From positions 4,803,784 to 4,867,783 of the forward strand of contig JAUPSS010000004.1 in the NCBI GenBank assembly GCA_040285825.1: a stretch of 64,000 bases of DNA, given 5' to 3'. Positions within the stretch are counted from its first letter, which is position 1. Every line of letters starts with the position of its first letter. Made by a program: the position numbers and the translations under genes. Origin of the DNA: Eukaryota sp. TZLM1-RC. Its lineage: Eukaryota; Protista; Metamonada: BaSk clade. The notes under the pieces were generated by a model. That model had not been told where the DNA came from. It ran no database searches and saw only the letters and a list, made by a program, of their open reading frames with translations. Of the stretch, positions 24,513-36,514 are shown piece after piece.

Positions 24513-25127
24513 CAGCTAAAAGAACAGAACGTAAAACAGTTGGAATGGTTGGATGTTGTGGATAATTGTTCAAGTTGTGATGATAAAGCAGATTTCATTC
24601 CGAAAAAATGATTCGAAAATATTAAGGTCTCTACATGGTATAACATCATGAATCAAATACAATGTGCAGAATATATAAAACTACAACATTAAGAAAATCA
24701 AAAAACTGACGCTGAAACCTCATTCAATGTTATGTACTGGATAGTTGAATCATCTGAAAGAAGGAGCAAGGACTGTGCCGTAAGACAGACTGGTGTATCG
24801 ATGAACAAACATACAACAGGGTATGAAAGGTTTTCATGAAAGGATGACCGACTGTAGAATCAGTGGTATAAAAGATAATTTCCTTGGAGTAGGTGGAGGA
24901 AGTGACTTGTGCAGTAGTACTGATGGTGAATATGGTGTCTCTCTGAACATGGAGAGTTGTGGTGTTCATCATGACTCATTTAAACAAAAATAATGAAAAA
25001 CCTTTATTAAAGGCCGAAAAAATACAAACAAAGGAAAAAAGAGAATGTGAAGGATAAGAATAAAAGTGCACAACACAAAAAAATTTATACCGAAAGAATA
25101 AATCAATAAACAAGAAAAACTAAACAC

Positions 25128-26615
25128 CTAAAAGAAATAGTGTGCAACATAATAACCCAACACAAAAAAAGGTGTGACAAAACTTACAAAATAAACTAAA
25201 TAACTCCAAAACTCACTCTTAGCTCCAAGAGCCTTTTTAATCTTACTTCTATCAACAAAAAGACAAATCAACAAAGAACCTATAACAGCACTGGAAATCA
25301 CAGCTGTGGTACCAGTGAAGCGGTCCATAAGGTCAATAAAGGATTCTCCATTGACTGCCAATTTTATCTTTGTTGAAGAAAGAGCAGAAGGGGTTCCTAA
25401 AGCCAAGCAAAGAATCGTTGTTAACAATACAGCTGTTTTGTTAGACATCTTAAACTCTTCTTGTGCAGAGTTGATGACCACTTTCATTCCAGCTAAACTA
25501 CTTGAAAAAGCAGCCAGGAAGAATAGCAAAAAGAAAAAGTTGGACAATATATAACCACCCTTAAGAGTAGGAAATACCTTGGGTAAAACATTAAAAGCAA
25601 GTTCCAAGCCAGCGGCAGGGGTTTCAGCACTGTTGAAAACAAAAGGAAAAATGACAAAGATGGAAGACAAACTGACACTAAGCTGAGTAACACCAACAAT
25701 AATGGAAGCACGTGGGATATTGATCTTATCAGGTAACAAGCTCCCATATGTCTGAGATTAATTAAGCAAGAAAACACAAACCTCCAAATATCCTTGGCCT
25801 ACCGCTAAAGTGTAGAAAGCTTGTCCAAAAGCAAAGAACCATAATTCCAAACTTTTGAGTTTCTTCCAGTCAACATTGAATACAAAATCTTGGGTCTTCG
25901 TCCAGCCTTCACCTGTTGTTAATGAAGCGACACACACCAGCACAACGAGCAAAACCATAAGGACGGGAATGAGGACGGTACATAGCTTTTCCAAGGCTTT
26001 AACGCCCTTGACGAGGATAATTCCGCAAAGCACAGTGACAAAAGCAAACCAGTAGAGAGATCGGAAGCCTTCGCTAAAGTCATCGAAAATTTGTAAATTA
26101 CCTGATATTGCGTCAAAGGAGTAAGCAGCGGTCTTTAATCAATGAAAAAAGGTGACATACCCAGCCAGTAATAACTAATAGATAAGAAGTAATGGCAAAA
26201 GTCAACAGCACCACAAACCAGCCTTGAATCGGTCCGAGCTTCTTGTGAGCATATCTATAGGTCTTTACAACACTACCTTGTGCTAATCGGCCGGCAGAAG
26301 TTTCTAAGAACATAAACGGAAAGGCAATGCAGAAAAGGGTGACTATCTGGGCAAAGATATAAGTAGCGCCTCCAAGTCTGTAAACAATATACGGAAATCT
26401 TACAACATTACCTACAATGAATGAATGAGAAGAAACAACCTACCGAGACCAACACTGGCAGCACAAGTGGAAATGACAAAACCTCTTTCAGAAGAAAACT
26501 TGTTATCATCTTTGTTCTGTGGATCGTCTACATAAAGAGGAAGTTTAGATTTGATCAAAGGGGCTAATTCATTAGGTCTGATCGAAGGAGAAGATGACAT
26601 GTTTGTATAAGACAT
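25128..26615 (-). CDS. Sodium:neurotransmitter symporter (NSS/SLC6); introns at 26412-26443, 26133-26160 and 25752-25781
   Basis: ASVGLGNVVRFPY, GGATY, FLETSAGR, AFGQAFYTLAVGQG, GLELAF, FFLLFFLAAFSS. Removing three GT-AG introns restores one frame. Confidence 0.9.
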
Positions 26616-27259
26616 GTTTACTAAGAATCAAATATAATACTCCTTTCTTAAAGCTAAAACAAAAACAGCAGATAGACTCTACTCTCTACAACTGTGAGAC
26701 TCAGAAATGGCAAAACAAATAATTATTATGTTACCTTAACGTCAGAAATGAAATATCAATATTTTTGGTTGCTATTTCAAACAGCTTCAATCCAAAAATC
26801 AACACTAAAAATGTCATTCAATCCTATATTACTGCTATGTGCAACTCGTATTAATAAATATTCTGTTTGAAGCACATGTAAATGATGGAGATAAACCTGT
26901 AAACCTATAGAGAGCTAAGGTAGAAGGTTCAAATAAAGGATATTTAGGAAAAAAACAGTCAATGGGATTATAAATGTCAACTTGCAAGAGTCTTGAATCT
27001 GACCAAGATGTTGAGCATAGACGAAATCTATCTTCTCCACATCATTGTCGAAGAATCTTTTTCTTCTAGAATGATTGAGATTTTCTTGTAAGTCTTGTTC
27101 ATGTTGACTGACACAGTCATCAACTTGTCGTAGTGATGGGATTAGCTCATGTGACACATTACATAAAAATACATAAGAAGAACTTACACTAGCAGAATTG
27201 TCAACAATGGTGACAATAGAAGAGAAAAGAGAAAAGTGTGAGAAAGGTGAAAACCAGCA

Positions 27260-27360
27260 AAGTTGAAAGTTAAAAAACCTGCCAGAACAGGCAACGGGAA
27301 GTCGAGAATGGGGTGACAAGTGTTCAATTTGAAAGATGAGCTCTTTATTCTCACTCCATA
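27260..27360 (+). promoter_or_regulatory. Conserved Fanzor upstream motif, copy B
   Basis: AAGTTGAAAGTTAAAAAACCTGCCAGAA...AATGGGGTGACAAGTG. ATA-TCT-GAC-GCC (mutated MSDA start) lies 51 nt after the box. Confidence 0.75.
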
Positions 27361-30300
27361 TCTGACGCCCCCCCCCTGTCGCTGAACCTGAGTATTGATC
27401 TGCCCACCAATGCGTATCCTTTACCTGTTCCTAGGTCAGAAGAAGACAGAGAACATGTTGCTTCGCTGCTTTCTACAACTTCTGGAACGATTCTCAAATG
27501 TCATTTTCTCTCTGGATATTAACTCACTCCTGAATGCAAAAGCAGACAATTATGTACTATTGAAAATGTCTCTCAAGCTCCTCGTCGGCTATATTGTTTT
27601 TTCGGCGTTTAAACGAGTCATTACCAACACCCAACGTCCTTGATGTGAATATAATTTCAAAATAGCAAAAGTCACCTAACAATCTAAACTTTTCCTGTAA
27701 ATAACCCACCGTATTGCCTCAAGATCCTGATGCTGAAATTCCTGAAATTAAAGAACTTGAAACTTACAGAAAGGAACTAGTGCCAAATCCCCACGAAGAT
27801 TCTCTCATTATGATTATTTTGGCATTTAAAAAAGAAGATTCGAAAGACATCTTTTTCACATATCTTTTCCACAAAAGCGATTTTCCTCAATCAGAGGACT
27901 GTTCCTATTTTCAATGATATTCATCAATGATATGATGAATTCAGTTATTGACTTATTGATTAAGGTTAAGCCTGGGTTACTTATTGGCTACAACAAAAAC
28001 GAATTTTTCTTCCTTTTTCTTATTCAACGCTGTAAATTGTTGCAAACAGAAACAGATTTCCAATTAAACAGTTGATTTCCTCATAACTTTCTGTAATTTC
28101 ATAGATGGTTTAGCATACTGGATCAGGACCTTTCTTTGATTATTGATTTAAGAAAGGTGATTCAGTCTTTGTATATTGTTAACGGAAGAATCCATTGCAT
28201 TGAAAATGTATTTTCTAAACTGTTTCAACATGAAATTCACAATTTCATTTCAACAATAGAACTTGAATATTTCATCGAAAATTGTAACTAAAGTTGCCAT
28301 TAAAAGCAAAAAAGATATTGTTCAACTGTTACAACAAATCAAAACTACTGAATTGTGGCGAAATGATAACACAAAATTTCTGGTTGAACATCTACACCGA
28401 GTAATCCGTATTCTTGATGAAATGAGACTGCGCTTCTTTCATCATCATTTCCAATCTATTGTCGAAAAATTTCGAACAAAAGATGTAAAAAGAGGAATAA
28501 ATAAATCAATTAAAAACCATGACAAGCTTACTTTGATTTCTAAGTGTATTCACAATAACCACTTAGCTACTGTCAGAGGAACATCCTTCCTTCAGAATTT
28601 TTTGCTGTGTCAATATGAAATTACTGAGTATAGGAAGTTAGAGATAGACTTGATGAATGGTTGTGATTTTGATACCCTTCAGATAGAAAAAACTTTTTTT
28701 CCAATCGAAACTCCAAATTCAATGCATGAATACTATGTTGCTTTTTTCGATTTGAATGATTTCTCAATTCAGTTACCAGATTCAAGCGCCGTAGTTTCCA
28801 AAGAATTAATTAGACTAGTTTTAAGGCGGATGTATGTTGCAAAATCAGACGAAAATTCTTCAATTCTGGAATTATCTAAGATCGAAGTTAAAAATTAATC
28901 AAAAATATAGGTATTGCGAATTACACTTTAAAACAGAAAAACAGTTTTAATTACCAGAATTTCTTTTATCCAATTCTCGAAAACCTTGATAACGAGCTTG
29001 GTCAAAGTAGGATTCAATTTCCAGATAACACAACAATGAATCGAGTTTCGCACTACATAGCCAAACAAATTACCATCAATTATGGGAATTAGTCTCAGTA
29101 AACACTTTCATGAATACGTTTTGCGCTGGTTAAACATTATCACCTTGAAGATGTTCAGACTAGAACCAATTCAGGAACAACATTAAAAGAAAGAATTATT
29201 GTGTAAATTGGTAAAAATCTTTATTATACTCAATCTGCTAAGCCATTGAAATTTCTCTCTCAAGCTATAAATATTAACAGAACCATTCAATCGTTTTGTT
29301 CCCATGATGGCAAACCTTTGTCAGTCAGTAATCCATTTCCATTTACAACTACATTGATTCCACAGCGTATAAGACTCGATACTCATTGGCTCAATGAAAG
29401 ATTTAGCAAGTTCAAAAGGAGAGCAAACGACATAAGATCATCAGTGTTTACCGAAATACTAACTGATAAGCTATTCGATTCTTACAAACGTGAGTCTAAA
29501 GGTTGGTTTCAATTGAAATTTTGCTCAATTGTAACAAATGGTTGATGAAAATGGGAATGTTCTCAAAAAAAATCTACTTCCAAGACGTACCCAAAGCGTA
29601 CATACAACATTCCTTGTCTGCTGAAAATATCGAAAAGAAGAAATTAAAAGATAAAAGAATAGTTGCCACTGACCCGAACGAGTACGATTTAATGCACTGT
29701 GTTTCTCCAAATCCTGCTGTAACTATAACCACAGAACAAATTTCACAAAATGTGTTCTATAAAAAAACAACTTCCAAGAATCAGAAGCAAAAAACGCAAA
29801 TGTATTAAAAGAAGAAAGAAACAATTACAAAATCTATCAAGCTATTCAAACTCTGACTCTGATTATGCACGGCTGAAACCCAAACACTGGTGGAACACGT
29901 TCAAATATACTGCCAATTTGACAGAAAAAGTACCAAATATCGTTCAACGGAAAAAAGAAATTGGAAAGTACAATTACCTGATGGTGATTACTCAGGTCAG
30001 GATATTTTAAATCAATTTTCTTTATCTGTATCAAACAGACAACAAAAATCTTGTTTCAGTCAACATTTTGGTCATTACATCAAGGAATTTGAGCAATGTT
30101 CATATGAAGATCTATTACCAAGATGTATGGTTCAGCAAAAGAAAACTTCAAACGTATTCTAATAGTCAAAGAATTGAAAAAAACATGTCGGAAAGATTCA
30201 ATTTGACCGTTGGCTCCCCTAAAGAGGTAGTTATTGGTTATGGTGACTGGAGCTCTAAAGGAAATACAAGCAAGGGAAAAAGGACAACCATAAGATGAAC

Positions 30301-31059
30301 CGAAATTCGCGAACTATTAAGAAGATTTGGTTATCGAATTTTCCTAGTTGATGAATATAGAACGAGTAAATCTTGTTCTAGTTGTGCTGTCAAGGGAATT
30401 TTGGAGAATGTGTCAATGATTCTAGTATCAAAGTGTTAAGTCCTCAGGGCAGACGACAACTAAAAAGAAAAGCAAAAAAGTGAAAACAAGAAATTGATTT
30501 ATTTAATCAAAACAATCCTACTAGAAAAAAAGATTTTCAACAAGAACGGGATGAACAGAAAGATTCACTAGAAGAAAAAGCAAAATCAACACCGTGGGGT
30601 TTAGTGAAGTGTCAGACGTGCAGCACGTATTGGAATAGAGACTTCAACTCTGCCATAAATAAATATTTCATTATAACATCTGCAATCAACGGTGAAGGTA
30701 GACGATCCATTTTCGAGAGACCAAAAACTCAATCAAAAAATTTCGAAAATGGATCAACTACTTCACAGAGAGATCAGAAAAACAAGACTGCTGAGAAGGA
30801 CAAAAAACCGAAAAAAAGTGGTAAGGCCACATCAGAAGAAACTGTCCATCGCAAGTTCCTGAAACAAGCACATCCTCATCGGGTGCTAAAGGAAGACAGG
30901 GAGGAACTAAAATGGGAGTAGTCAAGAAGATCTCTGTAGAAGAAAAAATCAGTCCATCTTAAACGATGTGGCAGCTCAATAGTGTCTGGAGTTGTAATGA
31001 AGAATGGATTTCCATAGGTATGGTTAATGCATTTGGATTTGAACTCACTATTCAATCTA
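27358..31059 (+). mobile_element. Fanzor1 element B: divergent exonuclease-like domain plus Fanzor, degenerate
   Basis: ELETYRKELVPNPHEDSLIMI (ExoI-like), KPGLLIGYNKNEFFFLFLIQRC (ExoII-like) and LIIDLRKVI. RuvC-I VATDPN (29671), VVIGYGDW, LVDEYRTSKSCSSC (30350), CQTC..WNRDFNSAIN (30640). Hairpin-rich 3' tail at 30945-31059. Confidence 0.85.
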
Positions 31060-31068
31060 TATAACAAA

Positions 31069-32929
31069 TTAAAAAAATGAAGTGAGATAGCTGAAATCAT
31101 CAACATCTTGTAAATACTTAAAGACTAACTTCACTAGTGAAAAAGGTAATTGAAATACTTTGAATGGATAATCAAGTTCTAGAAACTTTATTAGTTTTAT
31201 TAGTTTTGATAAATGTACCAAGTTTATTGAGAATCTACCAGATCTCGATCTTCCACCTAGCTTAACAACCTCCACATTTGGGAAAAAAGACAATAACTGA
31301 GGGTCATAATCAACTTCATCATAGTGAACATCAAGTTTTTTAATTTTAGAATTAATTAATCTGCCTATAACTTCAGTCGTTAATCGTAATTGTAAATCAC
31401 AAATAGATTGATCTAAATTTAATTACTGATGATCTCCTAAAGACAAATAAACATGATCCAAATGACAATTAATCACTTCCTTGGCAAGTTTTGCCACTCT
31501 CTTGATAATTGAACATTGAGATCATGACGACAATACCCAAGCAAATATTATCCAAGGCTCTACTGATCCGTCGGAAAAAGTACATTGAATTTCTGCTTTC
31601 GGGATCTGTATGTTATTAAGGAATATTGGAGATAAAATTTGATATTGGAGGTATTTGTGACATCTACCTTGCCTTGTTATTCCATGGGGAGCAGCTGGAG
31701 GTGAGTCATAAATGTTGTTTCCGCTGAGGTTGAGGGAAGTTAAGGTAACAGGACAAGACATGAAGGTAGAGATACCATAGTCACGATCTGTCCAAGCTTC
31801 ATTTAAAGAAACGGTCCAAAGAGCATAATGACCATCAAGTTGATGAACTGGATTACTCCAAGGGCTACCTTCAAACTGCTTTTGATTGAAAGAAGGTCCC
31901 ATGATGGAACCTGTCTCATTCGATATACCTGGAAAGAGTCGGAAGCGAAACTCTAGACTTCAGGTTCGTCCTAGGCAACGTCGAAGAACTGACGACGCCT
32001 ATGAGCCTCCGCCAGTTGATCCAATTGAATATTCATTTTGTGCAATTGATCCTAATCACAAAAATTTGTGTGGTTATTCAATTGGATCAAGAATTGATAA
32101 TAACAATGTTGATCATCAACCCTTGTTCTGAATCCAAAGACAAGGAAGATCATTCACCCTCCGGTCCTGACCCATGCATCACCAAATTGCTATTTTGCTA
32201 AGAATTTACACAAATATCTTAATGAAATAGCAATGCCTTTGATGTGGGTACCGACACAGGAAGAAATCAGCAATCCCGACTTCCCTCTGAGAACTATACT
32301 AGACCAACTGCTGATAAATGGAGATCGCCGAGTCCTGCGCCGCAACAAGTTTGATTACTTTATAAGAAGGCAAAAAAGAATAATGGGATTTATTGAAAAA
32401 ATAAAACTAATGGCTAATGGAAGAGAAACCATAATTTGGTTTGGTAGTGGAGGTGATGGGCCATCAAGACAATCTGTGAAAACCCCAAGGAAGCGCTTTT
32501 TGAAGGAGATTCAGAAACATTTTACATATGTGAAGCCTAATGGAGATGAATTCTACACATCTGCCAAAACGAATTGCTGTAAGGTATTCAATCAAAAGTT
32601 GTATCACGATGATGGGAGGGTGAACAATGATAAGTTTGTTTGCCCTCAATGTCAGACACTCTGGTCGAGGGACATCTCAGCTTCCAGAAACCAGCTGGAG
32701 ATTGCCATAAGTGAGCACTACTACAATGAAAGACCTGAGGTGTTCCGGAGACCCCGTAGATAAGTGTTTTTCCATGTATTGCGTACCTGTACGCGTATTG
32801 TGATGTTGCTGCTTTAACTACCATTTGATCGTGATATCATATAGTGATAGAACTAAAGTAAGCTTAACGTCTATCAAGATTGCATGAATTGGTCAAAAGT
32901 CAGAAGTGCGTTTTGATAGAAATTCACAG
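31069..32929 (+). mobile_element. Fanzor1 element F1 flanked by the 11-bp TSD TATATAACAAA; carries antisense LRR-like cargo at its left
   Basis: RuvC-I AIDPNHK (32048), IWFGSGG, DEFYTS..CC, CPQC..WSRDISASRN. Direct repeat at 31058-31068 and 32930-32940. The 3' part is near-identical to 40221-40731. Confidence 0.9.
32764..32929 (+). ncRNA. Putative omega-RNA of the F-family Fanzor
   Basis: 166-nt noncoding tail conserved between F1 and F2 (5 differences seen). Hairpins GCGTAC-CT-GTACGC and terminal TGAATT-GGTCAAAA...TTTTGATAG-AATTCA. Confidence 0.7.
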
Positions 32930-32949
32930 TATATAACAAAATCATCTCG

Positions 32950-33518
32950 ATGTACAAGTTCCACATTCGTGGTTATGCAGTGTTATCCACAGCGATCACA
33001 TGCTTTGCAGTTCTAGCTGCTTTCAACGCCTTGTCTATGTTTTGGCTCAATAACAAGGCGGTTCTCAGCACTTTCACAGCCACTCCTCACATGTATGAAT
33101 CTTTCACAATCACCATAGCCATTCACAGCATCATTATGGATCAATCCAGCACATTCTGCTGTTCAACTTCAATATCTCTCTCGATCTGACACCAGAGTTT
33201 AACTGGAACACTAAGCAAGTGTACGTCTACGTACAAGCTGAGTATGAGTTTCCAAGTGGAAATCCACACAAATCCATTGTGTGGAATAGGATAGTTACCA
33301 GACAGGATGCTGACGTCACATCACGTTATGATGACGTGTCAAGGTGGAATTTGGATATAGAAGAAAGTTCTGAATTTCCTATTTGGATTCCCAAACAGTC
33401 ATTATCATCACCTATAAAATTGACTCTTTTCTGGGAAATTTCGCCTTACTCAGGATTATTATACAGAAGAAGGGCTGATTCTAGTCTGGAAGTTAGTTTA
33501 TCAGAAATGTCTTTTTAA
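32950..33518 (+). CDS. SPC3: Signal peptidase complex subunit 3 (SPC22/23); intron at 33093-33118
   Basis: The spliced product contains DLTPEFNWNTKQVYVYVQAEY...IVWNRIV...LTLFWEISPYSGLL. Confidence 0.88.
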
Positions 33519-34183
33519 ATCCATCATTGATTCGTCTTTTACTTTCTCCAATCAATTTAGCAGCAAGCACTACAATAAATATGATTTTCTCTTTTTACAT
33601 ATTTTCTTGAATTTCGTCACTTGTTTAGACGTTTGACCGCAAATATCTTTTTTATATTGTATTGATTCCGATAAAGTCAACAAGATAACCCTTATAACTC
33701 TTCAGTTTAGCAAAATTATCGGATTTAAATATAAAATGATATGAAATAGTTTTTTAAAACATTCTAGCCTCAATCGTTTCAATTCAGAGAACCAAAGACT
33801 AACCAGATAAGCTGCCATAGTTTATATCAATTATTTGTAACCAATAAGCTTTTTGTAATTAGTGTTTCCAAGCTACAATAAGAGAGCAACAATGTTGTAA
33901 GATTTAGTAATAAGGTTGCTGACAAAATCTAAACTACAACATATTTGATCTAAATTTAGATCAAAAGGCTAATATTGCAAAAAGAAATCAGCAATTTAAA
34001 ACTAACAAATTAGACAAAATTAAATAAGTTAAACAAGAAAATATTATTGTTAATTAATAATAATTTAATTAATTTTATTCTTTATATTAATTAAAGCCAT
34101 AATGTCAAAAAGCTTCAAAGTGTTGATAAACACTTATATAATAAAATTTTGAAGTAAAAACATTCAAAGAATTCGTCAACAAA

Positions 34184-36256
34184 CTAAAAAACACGCAATT
34201 CACCTTCAGAAACAGTGGTCAATCCCAAAACCTCTCCATCACTTCTGCCATCCACAACCTCTCCATCAGATCTTTCCACAACCTCGCCATCAGAAATATG
34301 ATCAAAAACTTCACCTTCAGATGCAACGACTTCACCTTCTGAGCGATGAAATGCAAGTTGACCAGAAGAACAGCTTAAAGAAGAAGCTGATTGGCTTTGG
34401 AATGAGGCAGAATAGTTGGGAAAATGACGTGATTGGTCAGAATCTTCTTGACTGATTGAGCCATAGTTACCAGTCGAAATTTGCTGATTACTGATTGCTT
34501 CTTCTGTACTAGGGTAGCCCCAGTCACGAGTTGAATCTGTCTTGTTCGGGTCATTGATACTAGTTTGAATATTTGAATCTGTTTCAGTAGGTGATCCCTT
34601 TTCGTCTTTCTGGCTTGACAATCTTGTTGAATCAGATTTGATTGAACAAACTGATTGATTCGGTGATTTATCACTTGATTTAGGATTTGATTGGTCTGAT
34701 GAAACACTATGAGAAACTTCAAATCTCTCATCTTCATGTTTGATCTCATGAACATTTTGTGATTCTCTTTCTGATTCAACCTCCTTGTCTTTAAAGTTTT
34801 CTTCAGTATTGACAGTGTGGATTTGAGCCTCAGACTCATTGCTTCTAGAAAGCTTTTCATCAGCCGATCGATCGGAAAGTATCTCAGTTGGTAGATCTTT
34901 TGGTTCCACAACTACTTCTTGTTTAATAATTGACTGAACGCTGGATGCAGTATGGATATTTGGTTCATTTTCATCAGAGAGCAGTTGACTAGGATCATTT
35001 TTGATGGATTCAATTTCGTTGAAATTTTCAGGACAATTGATCCCAATTTTTTCGAAATAAATTTTAATAATTATGGAAACAATTTCATTCCGAGAAATAA
35101 AATTCAAATGACCAAATCGAAGTAAATACTGTGCTTTAGAAGGACCAAAAATACCCTGCAAAAGGTCAAAAATGACCATCAATTGAGGCTCAGAATACAT
35201 TGACTTTGGTTGACCAGTTAAAACACAGGGTATCACGTCATCATTTTGACCTTCTGATTGACTGTCATGATCTGAATCGTCTGCACTGACATCAATAACA
35301 TTAGCAAATTTATCACGTGATACCTCGCTCGTAGTTTCGTGTTCGCTTTTAATCTCTTCTTCGCTTGCCACGTCATCATTTTGATCTTCTTCTCCTTGGA
35401 ATTGTGCAAATTCTCCTTTTTGGCCTTCTCTTTGATCTTCCTTTAGACCTTGTTGGTCTTGTTGATACTGGTCTATTAATAAATAACCATATTTGTCTTC
35501 TTCTAATTCACTGCTTGAAAGTCCTGGTGTTGAGGGCTGAGGGTTAGGGTTAGGGTTAACAATTAAACTGGCCTCATTCGATTGATTACTACTTGATTGA
35601 GTAAATGATTCCAACTCATCTTGAGGTGATCCTCCATTTCCAACCCCCGTCTCCTTGAAAACCTTCTTCTCTTCCTCAGTAGGACTCGACTGTGTCTCCC
35701 TGGAATGTACCGTTGGTTGAGATTGAATCACAGCATTCCTGGGGCTGGGTTTCGCTGGAGGAGAGGTCTGGGTGGTGTTGTAACGAGGGGAGTGTTTGTG
35801 GAAGGAGCAGGAAGAAGAAGAGGAGAATGAGGTTATTGATTTGGAAGCAGTTTGTTGGTTTACTGCTCGCTTGATTGGTTTCGGTTTGACTCGAGGTTGA
35901 GGCTTAGGAGTTACTTGAGTGGATTGGGTAGAACAAGGAGGACGGCAAGGATTAGATGGAGGATGTCTAATGCGGGGTTTGAGCTTGGGTGGTACTTGAT
36001 GTGGTTTTGGTTCTTGTTTGGTTGACTTCTTCGTATTGCACAATGCTTGACGAGGAGGATTGATCGTGGAGAAGCGTGGGCTAGACTTTTTGACTGTACG
36101 TTTAACTGTGGGTGGGGATTTGACTTGGGGTTTGGTATTGGTTGTAGGCTGAGAAACTTTTGGATAGAGAGAACTGAAAGACCCATTTTTATCAAAGATT
36201 GAAGAGACTACAGCAGACACAGGAGGAAGACCAAGCTCATAATAGTCAATATCCAT
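34184..36256 (-). CDS. Low-complexity 690-aa protein with C-terminal S(E/D)GE repeats (possibly TALPID3-like)
   Basis: Intact ORF; Pro/Lys-rich N-terminus, acidic middle, six S(E/D)GE repeats. Confidence 0.5.
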   Translation of the reverse strand: MDIDYYELGLPPVSAVVSSIFDKNGSFSSLYPKVSQPTTNTKPQVKSPPTVKRTVKKSSPRFSTINPPRQALCNTKKSTKQEPKPHQVPPKLKPRIRHPPSNPCRPPCSTQSTQVTPKPQPRVKPKPIKRAVNQQTASKSITSFSSSSSCSFHKHSPRYNTTQTSPPAKPSPRNAVIQSQPTVHSRETQSSPTEEEKKVFKETGVGNGGSPQDELESFTQSSSNQSNEASLIVNPNPNPQPSTPGLSSSELEEDKYGYLLIDQYQQDQQGLKEDQREGQKGEFAQFQGEEDQNDDVASEEEIKSEHETTSEVSRDKFANVIDVSADDSDHDSQSEGQNDDVIPCVLTGQPKSMYSEPQLMVIFDLLQGIFGPSKAQYLLRFGHLNFISRNEIVSIIIKIYFEKIGINCPENFNEIESIKNDPSQLLSDENEPNIHTASSVQSIIKQEVVVEPKDLPTEILSDRSADEKLSRSNESEAQIHTVNTEENFKDKEVESERESQNVHEIKHEDERFEVSHSVSSDQSNPKSSDKSPNQSVCSIKSDSTRLSSQKDEKGSPTETDSNIQTSINDPNKTDSTRDWGYPSTEEAISNQQISTGNYGSISQEDSDQSRHFPNYSASFQSQSASSLSCSSGQLAFHRSEGEVVASEGEVFDHISDGEVVERSDGEVVDGRSDGEVLGLTTVSEGELRVF

Positions 36257-36514
36257 AAGCAGGCTCCACTAAAATTGCTTAAAATTTCACCTTGATGTAA
36301 AGTATCCAAAAGTAATTTTGGTGGCACGAAAATGGGTCTCCATATACTTTTACTTTCAAGTCCTCACACCCTTCTTATCAATGGAATTTGGTATGCGAAT
36401 ATGACGTTGAAGCTGCACATGAAGAGGTAGATGACCTTGAAAGGTAAATTGGTCCACAGAAACTGAGACTGGATACTGAAGTCAAGTTTGCAATGCCTGA
36501 TCTGTTTGATAATA

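Noticed and set aside
35540-35558. Telomeric (TTAGGG)n tract
   Set aside because: Only three units, encoding NPNPNP within an intact ORF on the minus strand.
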